Shown here in pieces: positions 17,801-22,587 of a DNA stretch of 22,587 bases (the first letter of the stretch is position 1; each line of letters opens with the position of its first letter). The notes beneath the pieces were generated by a model. The model saw only the letters and a program-made list of their open reading frames with translations. It ran no database searches and had not been told where the DNA came from. The stretch covers positions 1-22,587 of the forward strand of contig JANOAV010000178.1 in the NCBI GenBank assembly GCA_031411295.1, given 5' to 3'. The position numbers were made by a program, and so were the translations under genes. This DNA is from Verrucomicrobiales bacterium. GTDB taxonomy: Bacteria; Verrucomicrobiota; Verrucomicrobiia; Verrucomicrobiales; V1-33.

Positions 17801-20736
17801 ATGAGAGTGCCAAGTCCAGCTGGACGACCGTGAGTGTGAATGGGCCACTGGACTTGGGACACAGCTCCGTGAGCGCGGCGGATCGGGTGCAATTTTTCCT
17901 GATGGGAGCCGGGGAAACATTGGTGGACAATGTCACGGTGGCTCCGGATGGCACAGGCAATGTCGTCGCGAATGGCGGCTTTGAGAGCGGCCTCACGGGC
18001 TGGACGTTGCAGGGAAATCAAGCGAGATCCTCGCTTGCCAGCGGATTGGGCATGGGCGGTGGAACTGCGCTACAAGTGCGCGCCAGCGATGATGGCGAAC
18101 CGGAGGGGAATCGGATTTACTCCGCGCTAACAAGTAGTCTGGCCGTCAATTCCATCGCCACCTTGTCTGCCAACGCCCGCTGGCTGCGGGGTAATCGGGA
18201 GCTGATTCTCCGACTGCGCGGGGGCTTTCTGGAAACATTAGCCACTCTGCCGGTGCCCACGAATCTGGGCACCCCAGGTGCCGCCAATAGCCGCGCGCTG
18301 TCCAATGCTGGTCCGGCCATCCGTGAGGTTTCGCATCGCCCGTTGTTGCCGCCGACGGGAGTGCCAATACGGGTTTTTGCTCGTGTCAGTGATCCCGATG
18401 GCATCGCTTCCGTGACCCTAAAGTGGCGACTGGAAGCGATCACGGCATTCACGAATGTCACCATGCGTGACGACGGGCTTAGTGGCGATATTTTCCCGAA
18501 CGATGGCGTCTACACCGGAGTCATTCCCGCGCAAAACACCACGGCACTTATCGTCTTCCGCGTGGAGTCCACGGATGCCGCCACCGCTGCTGCGAGCGCC
18601 AGTTTCCCGCCCGATGCTCCGAATCGCGAATGTCTTGTCCGCGTCGGGGAAACCGATCCGGGCGGAGATTTTGCAGCGTATCGGATGTGGCTGACCTCGG
18701 CCAATATCACGAGCTGGACGAATCGCGAGAAGTTCGGCAATGAACCGCTGGATACCACATTCATCTATGGTCGCACCCGCGCGGTCTATGGCTGTGGAGT
18801 GTGGTATGGCGGCAGTGAAGCGAGCACGCCCGGCTTCAACGGCCCGCTGGGGACCCTTTGTGGCTATAATTTGCTGCTGCCTTCAGATAATCGCGTGTTG
18901 GCGGAGGATCACTTTACACTCGATTTCCCGGTGCGCGATGTAACGGATCAACGGGAGCAACTCATGTTCTGGATGGCGGAGAAACTGCGTCTGCCTAACC
19001 TGCATCGTCGCTACGTCCAGTGCTACCTCAACGGCACGCGCCGCAGTTCCAATTACGATGATGTGCAGCAACCAGACCAAACGTTTATCGACCAGCATTT
19101 CCCGAACGATGGCGGAGGCCACCTTTACAAGACTAACAACTGGAATGAAGGGGCAGACAATGCCAACTCCACCAGCGCGGGCGTGTCGAATCTGCTGCAA
19201 CATTACGATTCCGGCGGGCAGCACAAACTGGCGCGCTATCGCTGGAATTGGCGCCCCCGGGCGGCTAGTTCCGCCAATGAGTTTGGAGATATGTTTACGC
19301 TGATTGATGCCGTGAATGCCACGACGAATTATCAGGCGGGGATTGAGGCCGTGGTCGATACCGAGAACTGGATGCGGACATTTGCCTTCCATGATCTTTG
19401 TTCGTTCTGGGATGCGTTTGGTAATCCCAACACCAAGAATACCTATCTCTACAAGCCACAGGTGGGGCGCTGGACGCAATTCACCTGGGACATGGACGTG
19501 GGGCTGGGAGTCTTTAATGACCCCACGAATGCGGCCCTGTTTCCGTCGACGGTAGATGCGAAATTGGACGCCCTGCAAGCGTATCCGGCCTTCCGTCGCA
19601 TCTACTGGCGCACCGTGCATGAAGCGCTCGCCACCTTTTTCAGTGGCACTGGGGTGACTCCGCAGCTCCAGAAGAAATATGACGCCCTCGCGACCAACAA
19701 TCTGGGGCTGACCTCGCCCTTTGTGGCCAGTGGTGCTTATAATTTGAGCATTCCCCAATGGATCGACCAACGCCGGACGTTCCTGCAAACGCAGTTAGAT
19801 ACCGTGGCAGCCACCTTTGCCATCACGAGTGCAGCCAGTGTTACCGTGACAACCCCAAGCGTGACGATCACCGGGAATGCTCCGGTGAATGTTGCAAAAC
19901 TAACCATCAACGGAGTGGAGTTTCCCGTGGCGTGGCCCACGGTCACAAGTTGGAGTATTACCTTGGTGCCTACTCCAGGTTCCAATCCCTATGTTGTGCG
20001 GGCTCTGGATTACAACGGAGCCGAAATTGGCGCTGGCACCGTCACGATAAATTTCACGGGAGTAAATGCCTGGCCGGCACTCCGCATCAATGAATGGCTC
20101 GCCAGCAATGGTGGCAGTGCCTTGGATCCAGCGGATGGGAAATCGGATGATTGGATCGAGCTGTATAATCCCACGGCCAGCGCGGTCAATCTCACCGGAT
20201 GGCGCATAGAGGACAGCGGGACTACCTTTACGATTCCATCAGGTTTTAGCATACCGGCGGCTGGTTACCTCATCATCTGGGCGGATAACGAAACAGTGGA
20301 AAATGCCCCCGCCACGCGTCCTGATTTACACGTGCCCTTCCAACTCAGTGCCTCCGGGGACAGTATCACTCTAACCGCCCCCGACTCGACCGTGATCGAC
20401 ACCGTAACCTTCTCCTCCCAGAGCCGTGACGTTTCCAACGGCCGCTGGATCGGCAGTGGCAGCACCGTCGTCACGCTGGACGCACCCACCTTCGGAGCCA
20501 CCAATGCCTTCACGCCACCCACGCCTGCGATAGCCTCCCACGTTTCCAATGCCCAGGGATTCAGCATGACCTGGGTCACGCTACCGGGTGCGCAATATCG
20601 TTTCCAAAGGTCCTCGGACCTTGCACAATGGACTACGCTGGCAACCCTGACCGCCGCCACCACAGAGGCCACCGCAACCGATGGCGCCCCACTGCCCACC
20701 CACAGTTACTACCGAGCTGTGCTTGTCATCCCATAA
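14857..20736 (+). CDS. Secreted lamin-tail-domain / CotH kinase family protein (1959 aa)
   Basis: Signal peptide. Four LTD signatures: AISEIHYHP..EFIELYN, VINEVLAR..DFVELRN, LISEIFYDP..EWLELYN, RINEWLASN..DWIELYN. One Ig domain, a CBM-like NGGFESGLTGW segment, and CotH C-lobe motifs FWDAFGNPNTKNTYLY (around 19405-19452) and WDMD (19486-19497). Confidence 0.88.
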   Translation: MPLRFSLPLLAFFFSACPVHAAGTFSTTTLTGDANSGVAADSAFTHAINVYDAGNVKVNGAVFTGSGLVANPTTNNYSTTGFNNAFTGFDALANDGISGSVGALMTNFLYNGNPATVTLKNLRAGQQYEAVFYNAAFGGPGVRFQTITTTDGGSVVFDQNGIPGSLLKYLFTATGSSLTISITPTLPGNTFHQYAFSNRAVGLQALFTDNFYAPSNPSTMDLNFNAAARQGGSLVQSGGTIPWVAVANTQVGNTTGAVDAGNYLLTAFGTGNAALNHNFNGAETAGGISISFDLAPNIGAQAADNWSGIALGQASADKSGAVNGPHAHFGLLFRGNGQLQAFDGATNLTPVEPTLGYSAVTAQLQHFELLITDSIDANPFNGSGETRIEVFANGVSRYVYTKTGGGYANNFLNFQSSHIGGVDNLTIARLNATPAPPVFSLQPQGQSIWMGDALSLSVAATGYPAVSFQWYRDAVAISGATGSSYSIIDATGAGGSYTVIATNSQGSVTSNAAVVNVIAPTRQQRTWENAGPSSRRTALAISEIHYHPPTRLDGRNLEFIELYNSNPWMEELAGYRFTGEVDYTFPAGAQIPAKGYVVVAKVPNDVMTVYGLTGVFGGFTQSLSNEGGTLRLRKPSDAIVLEVSWNDHAPWPVAGDGTGHSIVLARPSYGEASAAAWDASPSIGGSPGAADAAPSSPQDHVVINEVLARSELPLVDFVELRNGAPFAVDISGCFLSDDPAVLGKYVIPTGTTLAGGGMISFTETQLGFALSAEGETLYFTNAAGTRVLDCVRFSGSAVNVSLGRANNREGTFLPLASSTPGTANSGYRMPEILISEIFYDPISGDDLDEWLELYNPGVAAVSVGGWEFSDGIGFTIPAGTNIAANGRLVIAKNAVRTRSNNPSVAAGSVVGDYAGTLANGGDRITLVRPETVGLVTIKVEVDSIAYVKAGRWSRWAAGGGSSLEVRDLREDRTLASAWADSDESAKSSWTTVSVNGPLDLGHSSVSAADRVQFFLMGAGETLVDNVTVAPDGTGNVVANGGFESGLTGWTLQGNQARSSLASGLGMGGGTALQVRASDDGEPEGNRIYSALTSSLAVNSIATLSANARWLRGNRELILRLRGGFLETLATLPVPTNLGTPGAANSRALSNAGPAIREVSHRPLLPPTGVPIRVFARVSDPDGIASVTLKWRLEAITAFTNVTMRDDGLSGDIFPNDGVYTGVIPAQNTTALIVFRVESTDAATAAASASFPPDAPNRECLVRVGETDPGGDFAAYRMWLTSANITSWTNREKFGNEPLDTTFIYGRTRAVYGCGVWYGGSEASTPGFNGPLGTLCGYNLLLPSDNRVLAEDHFTLDFPVRDVTDQREQLMFWMAEKLRLPNLHRRYVQCYLNGTRRSSNYDDVQQPDQTFIDQHFPNDGGGHLYKTNNWNEGADNANSTSAGVSNLLQHYDSGGQHKLARYRWNWRPRAASSANEFGDMFTLIDAVNATTNYQAGIEAVVDTENWMRTFAFHDLCSFWDAFGNPNTKNTYLYKPQVGRWTQFTWDMDVGLGVFNDPTNAALFPSTVDAKLDALQAYPAFRRIYWRTVHEALATFFSGTGVTPQLQKKYDALATNNLGLTSPFVASGAYNLSIPQWIDQRRTFLQTQLDTVAATFAITSAASVTVTTPSVTITGNAPVNVAKLTINGVEFPVAWPTVTSWSITLVPTPGSNPYVVRALDYNGAEIGAGTVTINFTGVNAWPALRINEWLASNGGSALDPADGKSDDWIELYNPTASAVNLTGWRIEDSGTTFTIPSGFSIPAAGYLIIWADNETVENAPATRPDLHVPFQLSASGDSITLTAPDSTVIDTVTFSSQSRDVSNGRWIGSGSTVVTLDAPTFGATNAFTPPTPAIASHVSNAQGFSMTWVTLPGAQYRFQRSSDLAQWTTLATLTAATTEATATDGAPLPTHSYYRAVLVIP

Positions 20737-21166
20737 TCGCATCGCGTGTGGCCGCAGTCCGCTTGACTGCTTGACCCGCGCTTTTACTTCTGCGAACAAA
20801 TCGACTCATTAGCCAACCCTTCAATCGCGGTCCTACCGCTGGATCAACCTTGCGTGGCGAAGTTGTCAGGAGCTGACGGAGTGATGCCTTCGCACCCAGC
20901 CAACGCACTGGGAGTTGGTGTTGGTATCCAACGCTGAATACTGCGCGGGCGAACGCTTCATCCCGTGAGGTTCCGCTGCGTTGGTAGCTGAAGACCGTAT
21001 TGATCCGCGCGCATCGATGCCCGCGCGCCAGTTGACCCACGGACCAGGCGTAATCCTCCGCGGTGGGAATTTTTTCGTCGAAAGGTAGGGATTCCCACCG
21101 GGAGCGGCGGATCAGGCCCATGCTGTTACTGTAGATGGAACCAATGCGCAGACTTTTTAGCTGGAA
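20726..21166 (-). pseudogene. 5'-truncated family 2 glycosyltransferase (C-terminal half)
   Basis: YSNSMGLIRRSRWESLPFDEKIPTAEDYAW matches the GT2 (rhamnosyltransferase-like) SN....RR..W...F.E.....ED..W region. The N-terminal nucleotide-binding/DxD half is absent. The frame is open back to 21166 with no suitable start. Confidence 0.72.
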
Positions 21167-21616
21167 TTACCGCCGCAGCGCTTGAATCAACTCATCCAGC
21201 TTGGCAGCCACATCCATAGCTGTTGGACTGGGGTTGGCTGGGAGCAGCAGACTCACCCCATTGCTACTGGCGGACGTGGTATTGATGGCATCGGTGAGTT
21301 GGATGAAGGAAACGTCGCCCTGCGGGCCGGTCAGTCCGTCCTGACCCACGGGAATGTTGAAGCTGAAGTGGACAAACGAGCCATCGAAGAAAACGGAAGC
21401 GCTGGCTGGAGTCGTAGGGCTCACCGTCGTGACGGAATCCACCGTCACATTGGCAAATGCCGGACCTTGCGGGCCTTGCGGACCTGTCGGGCCCTCGGGT
21501 CCGGCTGGACCAGCGGGCACGGCATTGATGAGATTGAAGAGTGCTTGGAGCTGATCGCGAATTACGGCGGATTGCAGCGGGGCATCAGTGGCGGGGAGTG
21601 AGGGATCGAAGGGCAT
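21167..21616 (-). CDS. Small collagen-like (Gly-X-Y) hypothetical protein (149 aa)
   Basis: ATG 21616 MPFDPSLPA...; GPAGPEGPTGPQGPQGPA and GQDGLTGPQGDV triplets; C-terminal helix KLDELIQALRR. The ORF-track extension to 21736 runs through repeats and is unlikely. Confidence 0.82.
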   Translation of the reverse strand: MPFDPSLPATDAPLQSAVIRDQLQALFNLINAVPAGPAGPEGPTGPQGPQGPAFANVTVDSVTTVSPTTPASASVFFDGSFVHFSFNIPVGQDGLTGPQGDVSFIQLTDAINTTSASSNGVSLLLPANPSPTAMDVAAKLDELIQALRR

Positions 21617-21621
21617 GGGAA

Positions 21622-21652
21622 ATTTAGGATTTAATGATTTAGGATTGATGAT
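21622..21652. repeat. Short 7/8-nt tandem repeat just upstream of the collagen-like gene
   Basis: ATTTAGG-ATTTAATG-ATTTAGG-ATTGATG-AT. Confidence 0.6.
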
Positions 21653-21698
21653 CGTGGCAGGACATGCTGGAATTCCTGCTAGTAGAAGTGGCTTGCCG

Positions 21699-22034
21699 GA
21701 GTTCTGAGCATCCAATTGGGAGTTCGGAGCACCCAAATCGGAGTTCGGAGGGACCTTTTAATACCTCCGAGGGACTTTTTAGTAGATCGGATGGACTAAT
21801 TGGGAGTTCCGAGAGATTAATTAATACCTCTGAGGGAGAATTTAGGACCTCGGAGCGAGTAATTGGGTGCTTTGAGCAACCAATTAGGTCCCCGCTGGGA
21901 CCTTTTAGGGGTTCCGAACTCCCAATTACTCCCCCGAAGCTCCTAATTTGTTGCCCGCAGGGACTAATTTCTCCCTCCGGACAGGAAAGAGGGAGTTCCG
22001 AAGCAGCAGCAGGCACCTCAGAACTCCCTCATGC
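21699..22034. repeat. Degenerate array of 16 x 21-bp self-complementary units
   Basis: Units in exact register from 21699 (GAGTTCTGAGCATCCAATTGG, GAGTTCGGAGCACCCAAATCG, GAGTTCGGAGGGACCTTTTAA, ... CACCTCAGAACTCCCTCATGC). Dyad axes at TCNGA and AATT. Perfect 15-bp inverted repeat 21714-21728 / 21913-21927. Confidence 0.9.
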
Positions 22035-22075
22035 TCAATGAGTTGAGCAAACTTCGTGGCCGGGACGCCCAGAAG

Positions 22076-22152
22076 GTGGACCGCACAGTCCTCTGTGCGG
22101 TCCAATGGCCAAGCCTTCTGGAAGCTCACCGCACAGAAGTCTGTGCGGACCA
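22076..22152. repeat. REP doublet (REPIN-like), GTGG type; target site of the intron
   Basis: GTGGACCGCACAG-TCCT-CTGTGCGGT (22076-22101) and inverted copy ACCGCACAG-AAGT-CTGTGCGGACCA (22128-22152). The second copy lacks only its final C, where the intron begins. Confidence 0.7.
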
Positions 22153-22587
22153 GTGTGCCCGGCATGGGCCTGAACTAATGAACATGAAACGATGACCTCG
22201 GAGCTGATGAGAGCAACCGTAGCCGAACCCCAAGTCCGAGGCCGCGAGGCGCAGGATGAAAGAAGGGGAAGGCAAACCTGCGACCATAGGAATACGAACT
22301 GGCAGCGAGGCCTGCTGTGGGCGGCGAGCGTCCGAGTAAACGCGAAGCCCGAAGCTCATCAAGACACAGAGGGTAGAGCCAGATGGAATGCGGGGAAAGT
22401 TCAGGTCCTTACCCGGGGAGATCTCTTGTGCGAGAGCACAGGAGAAGTCAGCAGAGGCCGTAGTAGCGAAGAGGTCCCCGGAAAAGGGGAAGGAGCGAAG
22501 GGCCGAAGGAACCACCAGCAGCGCTCTATGAAGAATTGCACCACGGGGCCAACCATGCCCGGACGTCAGCAGGCCGTAGCGGCGAAG
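22153..22587 (+). mobile_element. Group II intron, bacterial class C (IIC), 5' part (domains I-III and start of IV); truncated by the window end
   Basis: Starts GTGTGCCCGGCATGGG. Contains IIC-conserved GGCAAACC..AGGAATACGAACT, domain I closing CTTACCCGGGGAGATCTC (22408-22425), domain III GAGAAGTCAGCAGAGGCCGTAGTAG (22442-22466) and GAAGGGCCGAA (22497-22507). Lies immediately 3' of a hairpin, as IIC introns do. Confidence 0.93.
22528..22587 (+). CDS. Possible N-terminus of the intron-encoded reverse transcriptase/maturase (partial)
   Basis: ATG shortly after domain III, open to the window end (MKNCTTGPTMPGRQQAVAAK). The position fits domain IV, but no RT motif is visible yet. Confidence 0.35.
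   Translation, partial: MKNCTTGPTMPGRQQAVAAK

Noticed and set aside
18883..19788. Long antisense or alternate-frame ORFs inside the large genes (e.g. 18883-19788, 7925-8770)
   Set aside because: Shadow ORFs expected in GC-rich coding DNA; no motifs.
21167..21616. Prophage tail-fibre interpretation of the collagen-like gene
   Set aside because: No other phage genes in the window, and the Gly-X-Y tracts are short.
21639..22041. ORFs 21639-22016 (-) and 21664-22041 (+) with SE-x-P heptads
   Set aside because: Mirror translations of a self-complementary 21-bp array; Pro/Gly/Ser-rich and not a coiled coil.
22126..22515. 129-aa minus-strand ORF
   Set aside because: Antisense to the conserved group II intron ribozyme domains.

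Overview
GC-rich bacterial DNA whose protein styles (YHYH, lamin-tail/CotH giants, W-A-x-x-D-P-x-A-A repeats, small 'MPFDP' collagen-like protein) suggest Verrucomicrobiota/PVC; this is inference. The core (1940-20736) holds five exported-protein genes around a divergent promoter region. On the minus strand: a helical-repeat protein, a DUF3472-like/PA14/BNR multidomain protein and a GH42-like hydrolase. On the plus strand: a 1839-aa YHYH + Ig/BACON/FN3 stalk + three-domain multicopper oxidase fusion with Leu at the T1 axial position, and a 1959-aa lamin-tail/CotH-kinase-like protein. Both flanks carry mobile or structured non-coding DNA. Left flank: an integron attC site with one cassette ORF, a REP doublet, a 42/21-bp phased palindrome array and a signal-peptide-only remnant. 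Right flank: a 5'-truncated GT2 gene starting in frame right after the stop of the collagen-like gene, a 16 x 21-bp self-complementary array, a second REP doublet, and the 5' half of a class IIC group II intron inserted into the end of that REP. All domain calls are by eye from motifs; no searches were run.
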